This document shows, piece by piece, positions 1-13,700 of a DNA stretch of 64,000 nucleotides. The stretch lies in NCBI RefSeq assembly GCF_009914755.1, contig NC_060942.1; one strand, 5' to 3'. The notes beneath the pieces were generated by a model, which was given only the letters and a program-made list of their open reading frames with translations, was not told the origin of the DNA and ran no database searches. A program made the translations under genes and the position numbers. Within the stretch, counting starts at the first letter, position 1; every line of letters starts with the position of its first letter. Source of the DNA: the human T2T-CHM13v2.0 reference genome, Homo sapiens.

Positions 1-944
1 TGTCATCATTTTACTTGTTTATTTATTCATTTATAATGTAAATTACTATATGTAGCTAGACATGCATTAATACAAGTAATGTGTGCCTTAGGTTATATAT
101 ATTGCTAATTATTAAATAGCAAGTATCAATGATTCGCCATGTAAATCAATTTGAATGTGGCTAAATTCTTCTATTACAGATGTAACCCTATCCTAAATTG
201 TTTAAATGCATTTTTTGCTTGATTGCTCTTTTTAAAATTGTTTCACAAATATGTATATAACACTAAATAATATTGTAGTCTTTTGAAAATTTAAACTATA
301 GATGTACCCATTTCTCTGTGTTTGTTTCTTTTTCCCAAAATTGCACTAGTGATTCATCTGTGTTGTTATGTATAGCTGTAAGTCTTTACTTACTCAACAA
401 TTGTTTTGCAAAATGACTTTACTGATTTTCACTTTCACCAGACATGTTCTTGTTGCTCTATCTCCTAACACTTCACATTATCAGACTTTTTCCTTTTATC
501 CTATTTACCATTCTTTCTATAGAAAAACTAAATACTAAACCCAAGTTTGTTGGGATCTGCTGTTCCTCTAGAGGAAAAGTAGTTTCAGCATCCTAGTGCC
601 TCACATCAAAATCTTGACTCTAATTCTCTATTATATTTTTGTTTTCTTCCTTAGCTTAATAGTTCTTAGTATTTTGTCAATTCTTTAATGACATTAAGAA
701 CTTGATTTTTCAAAACATCCCTATCAATTCAAAACATTTTTCTTATTTACGGGTTCATCCAAAATACCCCCACTGCCATTGCTAGAAATAGAAGTGTAGG
801 CCTTCAGTTTTCATGGCCAGTGTTTTCTCATTATTGGAAGTGGTATGACTGTCAAGTCATGTAGCTTGTGCATTTTTCTTGAATCTTCTATTTAGCATGT
901 ATAGCAAGTGTCTTTTAAATTCTTCTTACATTACTTTTTATAGC

Positions 945-1420
945 ACCTTAATTGGGATTAATTCAAACATCATAAAATTCACCCATTTAAAGTGTATAAT
1001 TCAATGGTTTTAGGCGTATTCATAGTATTGTGCGATCATCACCATTATTTACTCAAGAATATTTTCATCACCTCCTTCCAAATACCCTGTGCCCATTCAT
1101 AGTCACTCCTCATTTCCCTCTGGCCCTAAACCCTGGCAACTACTAATTTACTTGCTGTCTCTACAGATTTGCCTATTCTGGAAATTTTACATAAACAGAG
1201 TTGTAAAAAATGTGGTCTTTTAATCTGTTTTTTTAATGTAGCAAAATGATTTCAAGGTTCATCCATGTTGTAGTATGTGTTAATACTTCATTATGTATTA
1301 TTGCTAAGTAATAGTCCATTGTATGGGTTTATCCTGTTTTTAATCCAGTCATAAGTTTTTCCCACTTTTTGGCTATTTCAAATAATGAAGCCGTGAACAT
1401 TCTTGTATAAGTTTCTTAAA
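945..1420 (-). mobile_element. Old LINE-1 3' end fragment (L1MB/L1MC-like)
   Basis: Antisense L1M 3' UTR motifs: ataaaattcacccatttaaagtgtataattcaatggtttt, ccctggcaactactaatttac, gatttgcctattctgga, caaggttcatccatgttgtag. Confidence 0.75.
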
Positions 1421-1674
1421 GTTTATATTGATTTTTAGATTTTTATTATCCCCAAATCTATAGACATTCAAAATTAGCTTTTAGCTATGTTTCCTTTTAT
1501 ACATACTCTTTGAATCAAATACACCCTTTGATACCTTTACATTCTCAAACACATTATTTTCTTGGATATTAATGTTATTTTCATTACAGTTTAATTACAC
1601 TATGTAAAAGTGAGTTGTCCTCTCATTTGCTGTTTTCTACACTTTTAATGCAGCAAAAAAAAGTCTTGATCTTT

Positions 1675-1750
1675 CTCTTTATTTCCTCTCTCTTTTCCCT
1701 CTCCCTCTCTCCCTTACTGTCTCTGTCTCTCTCTCTCTCTCTCTTTCTCT
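1675..1750. repeat. (CT)n / polypyrimidine low-complexity tract
   Basis: ctctctctctct runs; explains the spurious LSLSL and RERERD ORFs. Confidence 0.8.
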
Positions 1751-1867
1751 GTGACCTTTTCCCATCCCCATTATATACATATTCTTTAGCTCTTAGTTCA
1801 CTGCCTTGTGCTGCTGTCATTTGCAGTAAAAGTTAGGTGCTGTCTGTAATTCAAATGTACTATAGCT

Positions 1868-2224
1868 GTTTTTTTGTTTTGTTTTGTTTTTTTGTTTTTT
1901 TGTTTTTTGTTTTTTTTAATTTATTTTTTGAGACGCAGTCTTGTGCTGTCCCCCAGGCTGGAGTGCAATGGAGTGATCTCGCCTCACTGCAACCTCTGAT
2001 TCCCGGGTTCCAGTGATTCTCCTGCTTCAGCCTCCCAAGTAGCTGGGACTAAGGCATACGCCACCATACCTGGCTAATTTTTTTTTTTCTTTTTTTGTAT
2101 TTTTTGTAGAGATGGGGTTTCACCATATTGGCCAGGCTGGTCTCCACCTCCTGACCTAAAGCAATCCCCCCGCCTTGGCCTCCCAAAGTCCTGGGATTAC
2201 AGGTGTGAGCCACCGCTCCCGGCC
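1868..2224 (-). mobile_element. Alu (AluS/AluJb-like), full length, (TTTTG)n-derived tail
   Basis: Tail, then gagacgcagtcttg...caggctggagtgcaatgg...gggattacaggtgtgagccaccgctcccggcc. Confidence 0.95.
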
Positions 2225-3849
2225 GGCCATTTCTAACTCATTGATTAACTCTCCAGTATGAAAGGGGATATTTCTCTTCTCAGAGGAAACCCTATCATTG
2301 CAGAGGTTTGCCCTGGGGGAGAGGATCGTCCCTGCTGTATTTCCTGTCTCTCCTTGTAACACCTGCTTTGCTGCTGTACATCACTAGCCCTCCCCAACAG
2401 CTGCTGGGAGGAAGTCCTGCAGGTATTAACTCTTACTTGTCTCTTTCTTCTATCGCATCTCTCCTGTCCCTCTCTTTTGGCAAACACCTAAAATCATACT
2501 TACTTAGCACACTTCTCTTTCAAGTAGACAACCTGTTGGTGAATTGTTTTGAAACATTTTGCTGGGAAAAACACAAACAAAACAAAACAAAACAAAAAAC
2601 AAAAGGAAAAACAAAACAAAACAAAAAACACATAGACCCATTTTTTCAATCTGTCGTCTGCAAAGGGTTATGATATATCATACAGAGTGAAGTACCTTGC
2701 TCTGAAAAAGTGCTAATTACCTTTGTACTAAAATAATTTTAAAAGTCATTCAGATCATAAAATATGTATGCAGTTATATACCATATAAAAATAAAACTTG
2801 GAAGATTCAGAGGACACTCACACATGTTCTGTGATTCTCCTGGATTTTTGATCCAAGTCCAGAATCTCTTTCTAATATCCGTTCTCCTCACTCTTGCCTT
2901 GCCCTCTGTGCCTCAAACTATCCAAATTCTTGCAGCCGCTGATCTCTCCATTCTCTTTCTTTGCTTGGTGCTTTCACACAACCCCTTTGCTTGGAACAAC
3001 ACTTCTTGATTCTTTCTTAGGTGTTTTAATGATCTGTACCTCTCATCTGCAGGAAGAGTGTGTCAAAACTTTCCAAGTTTTAGAATATTGGTATAGGTCT
3101 TTTCAATAGGGAGGATAAGAGGGGACCCCATAGGCCACTGCCTCAGCTCTCCCCAAAGAAATCTCCTTACCAAACTCCAAGACCTGACCATTTTTGCCAT
3201 TTTTATCTATTTGAGGGTTTCAGTAATCACATACGAGTAGTTTTCCTTTCCTTTTGTAAAATCTGTATATTATGGGTATTATGGGTATAATAGTTTTGTT
3301 TCGTACTCCGGCGTTTATCTGCTATGTTTCATACTGGTACCTGAGTCAAAATAACTCGGGTAAGATCACATCTTAATATGCTCTTGCATATATTGATTTT
3401 AGGAAGCTGGAATTTTGTTATATCAATTCAGCTCATCTTAGAACATGGCGTACACGTCCTTTAGTTCAGATCTTGTTTCATCGCCTTCGATAGTGTTTTA
3501 TAATTTTCCAGGTAAGGTTTTATTATTAAATATATATTTTAATTATAACCCTACATATTCTAATTATATTTCTCTCTTTCTGTCTCTCTCTCAATGACCC
3601 TCACCCCACCCTCTTTTACTCTCTCTGTTTGCAGTTGTATGCTGTGTCCATGGCTGACTTAAAACAAAACACTTTATTACATTGCTTTGTGCTTCCTTTA
3701 AATAGCATATGGAATTTTTTCACTTTCTTTTTCTTAAAGTATTTTCCATTCATTTATGATTTTTCAAATAACATATAGCTAGATTTCATTTTCACCAAAT
3801 CTTCACTTCTCTGCATTTGAACTTTGTAAAAGAAAAATTCCACTGAACA

Positions 3850-5121
3850 CTTGTTGAAAAGAGTAAGGCAAACTTAGTTCAAAATTATGGCAGAAAATTC
3901 TGGGATCTTAATTGATTATGTTGAATCTATAGATTTATTTATAAAAATATACTTTTCATAATATTGAATATTCCATACATACATTTATCTCCTAAATTAT
4001 TTTAATAGTTTATATTTTTCTGTGCAGAATTCTTGTGGATCTTTTAATAAAATTATTCCCAAATATTGGTCTGCCTGTTTTGATGTTCTTGTAAATTTTG
4101 AATTTTTGAAGATTCTATTTTCTAACACTTTCTGGTTAGTGTATAGTAATACAATCAATTTCTCTGTGGTAATTTGAATAGTTCATATAGAGTTTGCTGG
4201 ATATTTTAAATGTACTATCATGTTTTCTTTCAATGAGAAATTTGCTTTTTTATCTCCAATCCTTAAAACTTTTTTCTCACTCAGCGAAACTTCTTGGGCC
4301 ACCAGCACATTGCCATCCAGATGTAACAATATCATATCTTTGTCCTTTCAATATTTTGTGGTCAATTAAGATATTTCTCTAGGTTTTCTGTGGATATCAT
4401 TTAGTAGATTAAGACTTTTTTCTAGTCCCACTCTGCTGATAGTTTTTTTATTATTATAAAAAGACTTCAATTTTATTAATTTTCACCTGAAAATATCATT
4501 AGACTTTGATTTATTTTGTTGATATAATGATATGCATTAAATGCTTCCTAAATATTGAACAACCATGCATTTCTGTAATATACTCACCTTTGTGGTTATG
4601 TAAAGTCACAGAAAGCTCCGATTGCTAATATTTCATGAAGATCTTATCTATGTTCATGATGACATTGATCTGGGAATTTTCATTCTACTGACAATCATGT
4701 CAAATTTTGGTGTTAGATTTATGCTGGCATCATGTAACAATCTGCAAAATGTCTCTTTTCATTGTTTTATATGGAAGATTTAATTCATTTATTCCATAAA
4801 TTATTTTTTAAAATTTACTTTTCAAGCTATCTGTATTTGTAGACTGTATGTTGTTATTCTAATTTTTTTTCCTGATGTTTGCTCTCCTCCCTCTTTTCCT
4901 TTTTACTATTCTTCTCAAATAATGTTCCCATGGTTTTATCAGTTATATTGGTCTATTTAAAGTAATAAATTTAGGTTTCATTGATTCTCTTCACTGTATG
5001 TTTTATACGAATAATTTCTACTGTTATTTCATTCTTCCATTATCTCTACTAATTTTGCCATTCTATATCTAGTCTCTAGAAAGAGAATTTTAGGTCACTG
5101 ATTTTCAGACTATCCTTTTTA

Positions 5122-5162
<41 letters not shown>

Positions 5163-6250
5163 TCCTCTAAGCACAGATATAGCTGCTTCTCACACATTTT
5201 CGCATACTGTATTTTCATTGTAAATTGATTTCAATGTACTTTCTCATTTCCAATGCATTTTCTTCTTCCTGCATGGGTTGCTTAATTTCCAAAGATATAT
5301 TTTAATCTTTTGTTTTGTTTTAAATTGATTTCTGGCTTAATTTCAAGTCAGGAAGATATATTACTGTGTATAATTGCAGTACTGGGAAATGCATTGACTT
5401 CCTTTAAGGTCTAACATAGGATCAATTTTTATAAACATTCCATCTGAACTTGGAAAAGAAAACTGTGTGTTCTTCAGTTGTTGGGTTCAATGCTCCAAAG
5501 ACCCATCCACTCATATTGTTAATTATGTTTTACAAATTTTTTACAAATTTACTGCTTATGATTGTTTTTCTTTTATCCATCAATGAGAGAGAGAGATGTC
5601 AAAAATCTTCCATTATAATTGAGAGTATTCTATTTGTATTTTTAGGTCTCTTATTCTTACTTTATAACATTTTGGGTCATATCATTATGTATAGACACAT
5701 TAAAAGTTGCTATTTCCTCCTGGCACATTGAACGTGTTGTCATTAAAATATTTCTCTTTATCTCTTATAATGCCTTTTACCTTATAATCTAATGTTGTTG
5801 ATATTTATAAAGGTATGTCAGTTTTCTTTTTATGAATGTTTTCTATCATTTTACTTTCAATATTTTTAATCTTCCTCACCCACTTTTTTATATGACTCTT
5901 TTATAATAAGTATACAGCTGAGTTTTATTTATTGAGATAGTCTGGTAAATTTCGTATTTTAGAAACAATAAGGTGAATGCTTATTTGCTCATTGTCTATT
6001 GTCTATTTATCCTCACTTTTTAATATTTCTTTTCTCACCTTTCATGTCATCTTTTGCATCAATTATTTTATTTATCTATTATATACATCTAATTCTTTGC
6101 TAGTCATATCTCATTATTTCCTTTGGTCATAAAGCTATAGATTACAACATGCGTCAATGATTAATTACAAACTCTTTAAATTATGATATTTATGACTTCC
6201 TGGTTAATTTATAGATCTATGCTTCTAAGGAAACTTTTTATTACAAATGC
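3850..6250 (-). mobile_element. Highly degraded ancient L1M(E) ORF2 fragments
   Basis: T-rich antisense L1 motifs such as gttgaatctatagatttattt, ttgaacaaccatgcatttctg, ttcctctaagcac and tttactttcaa; boundaries approximate. Confidence 0.55.
5124..5160. repeat. (TG)n microsatellite
   Basis: About 18 perfect TG units. Confidence 0.95.
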
Positions 6251-6474
6251 ATCCCACCTCTGATTTACTTGAAATTGTGTTTGAATATTTTAATTTTATG
6301 TTTATTTATAACACCACAAGATTTTTTTTGTACTTTAGTATTAATTGTAGTAACACAAGTTTTTACTGTGAAAATTTTTGTTTATTTCTTTCTGTATCTC
6401 TCCACTTCTATCTAGAAAAATTTCCCTTATTTTCTGATAATACCCTTTCATTTTTCCTCTATTGAAGTGTTTAA

Positions 6475-6680
6475 AATTTTTATTTTAAATTCAGGGGTAC
6501 ATGCGCAGGATGTGCATCTTTGTAACATAGGTGAATATGTGTCATGGGGGTTTGTTATACAGATTATTTCATCACTCAGGTATTAAGCCTAGTATCCATT
6601 AGTTATTTTTCTTGATCCTATCCCTCCTCCCACCTTCCACCCTCCAATAGGCCCTGACGTGTGTTGTTCCCCTCTATGTA
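6475..6680 (-). mobile_element. L1PA13-16-like 3' UTR fragment
   Basis: tcaggggtacatg...acagattatttcatcactcaggtattaagcctagta...tgttgttcccctctatgt. Confidence 0.85.
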
Positions 6681-6794
6681 TTCTCACCTTTATTGCAGTT
6701 TTGCTGGCTTATTCTCACAAGTAATTTCTGTCTACAAATATATTCATTTCACTGAGAGGTAAGTGTTGATTTGTCCAATTCTGACACTATGTAG

Positions 6795-7149
<355 letters not shown>

Positions 7150-7659
7150 TGCATAGAAACTCTTAAAGGTCCAGTGTGAAGGCACCAATTTGGGTCAAAC
7201 TCAGGCTTAGACTCAAACCTCTCTATCTAACCAGGGTGCATTATGAACCATGAATGTCGATGATTTTATGTAACAGAGTTGCAACCACATGACTTAAACA
7301 TCCAAGCCTCTGTGGATAGGCAGGCAGGGACTGTGTTTAGCCTGACATGTGAAAATTGAGCTATGACAATAGAGCCACTATTGTAAGTTCTGTCCTATCA
7401 TGTTCTTGTTGAACCCTGGACAGGAAGGATCAATACTTTCCTAATCATGCAATGCAAAGCCCCCAATCCCAAATTGGGACAATACTCCTAGACTCTTACA
7501 TCTGCTCCATTAGATGCTGCATATTCCCTCTCAGTGTGCTAGGAAAATGAGGACCATGACCATGCCATTGATTCCTTCTCTGCAGTATTTTCTGATAAGC
7601 ATCTCTAGCTGCTTTTATGCATGTAGTGATATGCTACTTAGGTAGCTGCCCTTATCTTC

Positions 7660-8040
7660 ATGATATTCACTTTCATTGTTAAAGAAGATTTTCCTAGTTA
7701 TAGAATTCTGAGCTAGCAGTCATTTTCTGTTCTACTTTAAAGATATCATTCCATTATTTCTTGATACCCACTGTTTCTCTTGAGATACGTGCTCAAAGAT
7801 ATTGTTGTTCTGCTAAAGTTAATCTCTATCCTCTGTCTGCACTTATGATTTTCTTTTTGTTACTTTTTGCTTTTTTTTTTTTTTTTTTTTGCAGTTTGAC
7901 TGAGATATGCCCAATTGAGGTTTTCTTTGAATTTGTCTTCCTCTTTGTAGATTTTGCTTTAAGTCTCTGCCTTAATATTTTTCATCACTCTTGGAAAATT
8001 ATCAACCATTTGTTCTTCAGATGTTACACTGACTTGCTTC
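7660..8040 (-). mobile_element. Old L1M ORF1-region fragment
   Basis: gattttcctagttatagaattct, ttaaagatatcattccatt, gcagtttgact, ttggaaaattatcaaccatt. Confidence 0.6.
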
Positions 8041-8340
8041 CATCCTTGCTGATCTATTTAAAGTAATCTCTTAACTCTAGGGCTTAACCACTGGGTTGTT
8101 GGAGAGAATTTATTGTGGCCTTCTTGGTCCCTGATATCCAGTTTTCTTCCTCATAACCCTGGGGCATAAAATGGCTTCATAATTTCTTACATTCTCTGCT
8201 TTATATTCCTTTATTTGAAAAGTTGATTCAAAAGCTGAGTTCTTCCTCAGTTTGCTTCTTTGTCGGATCACTTATCCTTTTAATATTACCATACTAATTT
8301 TTAAAATATTTTATTAAGACTTGTTCTCTGGGGGAAGGGC

Positions 8341-8349
8341 CAAGATGGC
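8341..8349 (-). promoter_or_regulatory. YY1 motif of the L1 internal promoter
   Basis: CAAGATGGC (reverse complement GCCATCTTG) at the canonical position just inside the L1 5' end; activity unknown. Confidence 0.55.
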
Positions 8350-9715
8350 TGAGTAGAAACAGCTCTGGTCTGCAGCTCCCAACGAGATGAACGCAAAAGG
8401 CAAGTGATTTCTGCGTTGCCAACTGAGATACCCAGATTTTCTAATTGGGAACTAACTAAGCGGTTGGCACGAACCATGAAGTGCAAGAAAAAGCAGGGTG
8501 AGGTGATGCTTCACCTGGGAGCTACACAGGGCAAAGGGGCCTCCCTCCCCCAGCCAAGACAGGCAGTGAGGGACTGTGCTATCCACCTGGGGTTCTACAC
8601 TTTTCCCATGGTTTTTTTTTGCAATCTGCGGATCAGAAGATTCCCTTGTGTGCTTACACCACCAGAGACTTGGGTCCCAAGCACAAAACTGGACAGACTC
8701 ACGGCAGCTGCACAGGTTGGCAGCTGCTAGGGCAGGCACTGAGCTGCTGGAGTTTTAACATACTCCTGCGGCTCACGGAACTCCAGAGTGTCAGGAAAGC
8801 CGTCCACTCCTGTGGAAAGGGGGCTGAAGCTAGGGACCCAAGCAACCTCACTCAGCAGGTCCCACTCCCATGGAACTCTGCAAGTTAAGACTCACTGGCT
8901 TGGAATCCCTGCAAGCTGGCACAATAGCCTGGAGTCTGCCTAAGACAACTGATTTCCCGGTGGGAGAGGTGACTGCTATTACTGCGGCTGTCTTCAGCAG
9001 TGTTCCCCAGCCAGTGCTAGGGAGGCTGAGCAGTTTAGACTGGGTGGTGTTACCCACAGCACAACACAGTAGCTGTGGCAGATCATGGCCAGACTGCTTC
9101 TTTATGTGGGACCTGGATCCATCCCTCCTCAATGGGCACAGCCTCCCTGAAGGAATTCCAGCAACTCTAGCCGGGGGTTTACAGACATAATTCTCATCTC
9201 CCTGGGACAGAGCACCTGTGGGGATGGGCGGCCGCTGTCTCAGGTTCAGTGGACTTAATATTTTCTACCTGTTGGCTCTGAAGAGTCCAGCTGAGCTGGA
9301 CGACCGGGATTCCCCCAGCACGGCGCATCAGCTCCACTAAGGGGCAGCCAGACTGCTTCCCCCTAACACCATGACTTCTATCTAAATGAGACCTCCCAAC
9401 AGGGGTCAGCAGACACCTCACACAGGACAGCTCCAGCTGGCATCAGGTGGTTGCCCCTCTGGGAGGAAGCTTCAAGAGGAAGTAGCAGGCAGCAACCTTT
9501 ACTGCTTGCCAGCCTCCACTGATGATACCCAGGCAAACGGGGTCTGGAGTGGACCCCCAGCAAACTGTAGCAGACATGCAGAAGAGGAGCCTGAAAAAAA
9601 AAGAAAAAGAAAAAGAAAAAAAACAGAAAGCAACAATATCAACAAAAAAGGTCCCACAAAAACCCCGTCCAAAGGTCAGCAGCCTTCAAGAGGAAAGGTA
9701 GATAAATCCCTGAAG

Positions 9716-10705
9716 ATGAGGAAAAACCAGTGCAAACATGCTGAAAATTCCAAAAGCCAGAATGCCTATTCTCCTCCAAATGATTGCAACACCTTCCCAG
9801 CAAGGGCACAGAAACAGGCTGAAAGCTGAGATGGATGAACTAACAGAAGTAAGCTTCAGAAAGTGGATAACCACAAAGTTCACTGAGCTAAAGTATTATG
9901 TCCTAACCCAATGCAAAGAAGCTAGGAACCATGCTAAAAGGTTACAGGAGCTGTTAACTAGAAAAATGAAATGACCTGATGGAGCTGAAAAACACAGCAC
10001 AAGATCTTCATGACGGAAACACAAACTTCAATAGCTGAATCAATCAAGTGGAAGAATATCAGAGCTTGAAGACTATCTTGCTGAAATAAGGCAGGCAGAC
10101 AAGATTAGAGAAAGAAGAATGAAAAAAATGAACAAAACCTCAGAAAACTATGGGACTATATAAAAAGGCCGAACATATGACTGATTGGAGTACCTGAAAG
10201 AGACGTGGAGAAGGGAACCAAGTTGGAAAACACACTTCAGGATATCATCCAGGAGAACTTCTCCAACCTAACAGGACAAGCCAACATTCAAATTCAGGAA
10301 ATCCAGAGAATCCCAATAAGATACTCCACGAGAAGATCAACCCTAAGACACATAATCATCAGCTTCTCCAAGGTCAAAATGAAGGAAAAAATGTTAAGGG
10401 CAGCCAGAGAGAAAGGCCAGGTCACCTACAAAGGGAAGCCCATCAGACTAACAGCAGACGTCTCACCAGAAACCCTACAAGCCAGAAGAGATTGGGGCTA
10501 GTATTAAACATTTAAAGAAAATAATTTTCAAACCAGAATTTTATATCCAGCCAAACTAAGCTTCATAAGCAAAGGAGACAGAAAATCCTTTTCAGAAAAG
10601 CAAATGATGAGGTATTTTATTACCATCATGCCTACCTTTCAAGAGCTCCTGAAAGAAGCACTAAACATGGAAAGGAAAAACCATTATCAGCCAGTACAAA
10701 AATAA
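9716..10705 (+). pseudogene. L1 ORF1p remnant (frameshifts and stops)
   Basis: ATG at 9716 (MRKNQCKHAENSK); fragments EMDELTEVSFRKW and KLENTLQDIIQENF...KMLRAAREKGQVTYKGKPIRLTAD. Confidence 0.9.
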
Positions 10706-10772
10706 GTACACAGACCAATGACACTGTGTAACACCTATATTAACAAGTCTGCAAAATTTACCAATCGGCATC

Positions 10773-13700
10773 ATGATGAGAGTATCAAATTCACACATAA
10801 CAATATGAACCTTAAATGTAAATGGGCTAAATGCCCCAATTAAAAGACACAGAATGGCAAACTAGATAAAAATGCAAGACCCATCAGTGTGCTGTATTCA
10901 AAATATACATCTCACGGGCGAAGACACCCACAGGCTCAAAGTAAAGGAATGGAGGAAAATTACCAAGCAAATGGAAAGCAGAAAAAAGCAGGAGTTGCAA
11001 TCCTAGTTTCTGACAAAATAGACTTTAAACAAACAAAGGTCAAAAACGATAAAGAAGGGTTTATATAATGGTAAAGGTTTCGATTCAACAAGAAGAGCGA
11101 ACTGTCTTAAATACATATGCACCCAATGCAGGAGCACCCAGATTCATAAAAGAAGTTCTTAGAGACCTATGAAGAGACTTAGACCCTTCAAAAATAATAG
11201 TGGGAGATTTTAATACCTGCTGTCAGTATTAGACAGATCATCAAGACAGAAAATTAACAAAGCTATTCAAGACTTGAACTCAGCTCTGGACCAAGTGGAC
11301 CTGATAGATATCTACAGAACTCTCCACCCTGAAACAACAGAATATACATTATTCTCAGTGCTACATGGCACTTACTCTGAAATTGACCACATCATTGAAA
11401 GTACACTCCTCAGCAAATGCAAAAAACTGAAATCATAACAGTCTCTCAGGCCACAGTGCAATCAAATTAGAACTCAAGATTTAGAAACCCACTCAAAACC
11501 ATGAAATAACATGGAAATTTAACAACTTGCTCCTGAATGACTTTGGGGTAAATAATGAAATTAAGGCAGAAATCAAGAAGTTCTTTGAAACTAATGAGAA
11601 TAAAGAGACAATGTACCAGAATCTCTGGGATGCAGCTAAAGCAGTGTTAAGAGGGAAATTTATAGCATTAAATGCTCACATCAAAAATCTAGAAAGATCT
11701 CAAATGTGCACACCCTTACATCACAACTGAAAGAACTAGAGAACCAAGAGCAAATAAATCCCAGAGCTGGCAGAAGACAAGAAATAACCAAGCCTAGAGC
11801 AGAACTGAAAGAGATAGAGAGAGACACACACAAAACAACCCTTCAAAAAAAATCAGTGAATCCAGGAGCAGGTTTAAAAAAAATCAATAAAATAGACAGA
11901 ATGCTAGCTAGACTAATAAGGAAGAAAAGAGAGAAGATTCAAATAAACACAATCAGAAATGATAAGAGGATACCACCACTGACCCCACAGAAATACAAAC
12001 AACTATCAGAGAATACTATAAACACCTCTATGCAAATAAACTGAAAAACCTATAAGAAATGGATAAATTCCTGGACACATACCTCCATCCAAGAATGAAA
12101 CAGGAAGAAGTTGTAAACCCGAATAGACCAATAACAAGTTCTGAAATTAAGGCAGTAATAAATAGCATACCAACCAAAAAAATTCCAGGACCAGATGGAT
12201 TTATAGCTGAATTCTACCAGAAGTACAAAGAGGAGCTGGTACCATTTCTTCTGAAATTATTCTAAACAATTGAAAAAGAGGGACTCTTCCCTAACTCATT
12301 TTATGAGGCCAGCATCATTCTGATACCAAAACTTGGCAGAGATACAACAAAAAAAGTAAACTTCAGGCCAATATCCTTGATCAACATCAATGCAAAAATC
12401 CCCAATAAAATACTGGCACACTGAATCAAGCAACACGTCAAAAAGCTCATCCACCATGATCAAGTCAACTTTATCTCAGGATTCAAGGCTGGTTCAACAT
12501 ATGCAAATCAATAGACATAATTCATCACATAAACATAACTAAAGACCCAAACCACATGATTATCCCAATAGACGCAGAAAAGACCAACATCTTTTCAAGT
12601 TAAAAGCTCTCACTATGCAGCCATAAAAAAGGATGAGTTCATGTCCTTTGTAGGGACATGGATGAAGCTGGAAACCATCATTCTCAGCAAACTATCACAA
12701 GGACAAAAAACCAAACACCACGTGTTCTCACTCATAGGTGGGAATTGAACAATGAGAACACTTGGACCCAAGAAGGGGAACATCACACACCGGGGCCTGT
12801 TGTGGAGTGGGGGGAGCGGGGAGGGATAGCATTAGGAGATATACCTAATGTAAATGACGAATTAATGGGTGCAGCACACCAACATGGCACATGTATACAT
12901 ATGTAACAAACATGCACGTTGTGCTCATGTACCCTAGAACTTCAAGTATAAAAAAAAACTCTCAATAAACTAGGTTTTGAAGGAACATACATCAAAATAA
13001 TAAGAGCCATTTATGACAAACCCACAACCGATATCATACTGAATGGGCAAAACCTGGAAGCATTCCCCTCGAAAACTGGCACAAGACAAGGATGCCTTCT
13101 CTCACCACTCTTATTCAACATAGTATTGGAAGTTCTGGCCAGGGCAATCAGGCAACAGAAAGGAATAAAGGGTATTCAAATAGGAAGAGAGGAAGTCAAA
13201 TTATTTTTGTTTGCAGATGACATGATCCTATATCTGGAAAACTCCAAAAACCCAGCCCAAAAGCTTCTTAAGCTGATAAGCAACTTTAGCAAAATCTCAG
13301 GATACAAAATCAATGTGCAGAAATTACATGCTTTCCTATACGCCAACGACAGACAAGCAGAGAGCCAAATTATGAATGAACTCCTATTCACAAATGCCAC
13401 AAAGAGAATAAAATACCTAGGAATACAGTTAATAAGGGAGGTAAAGGACCTCTTCAAGGAGAACTACAAACCACTGCTCAAGGAAATCAGAAAGGACACC
13501 ACCAGATGGAAAAACATTCCATCATCATGTATAGGAAGAATCAATGTCGTAAAAATGGCCATACTGCAAAAAAAAATAGAGCAATTAATAGATTCAATGC
13601 TATTCCCATTAAACTACCATTGACATTCTTCACAGAATTAGAAAAAAAAACTATTTTATAATTTATATGGAACCAAGAAAGAGTTCACACAGCCAAGACA

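Noticed and set aside
3230-3370. Slightly CpG-rich patch with a tattatggg direct repeat, considered as a possible NUMT or foreign insert
   Set aside because: No mitochondrial or other homology recognisable by eye, and too short to support a call without BLAST.
13126-13623. Active reverse transcriptase ORF (FADD motif)
   Set aside because: A 165-aa fragment of an L1 ORF2 disrupted by frameshifts, stops and a nested insertion.
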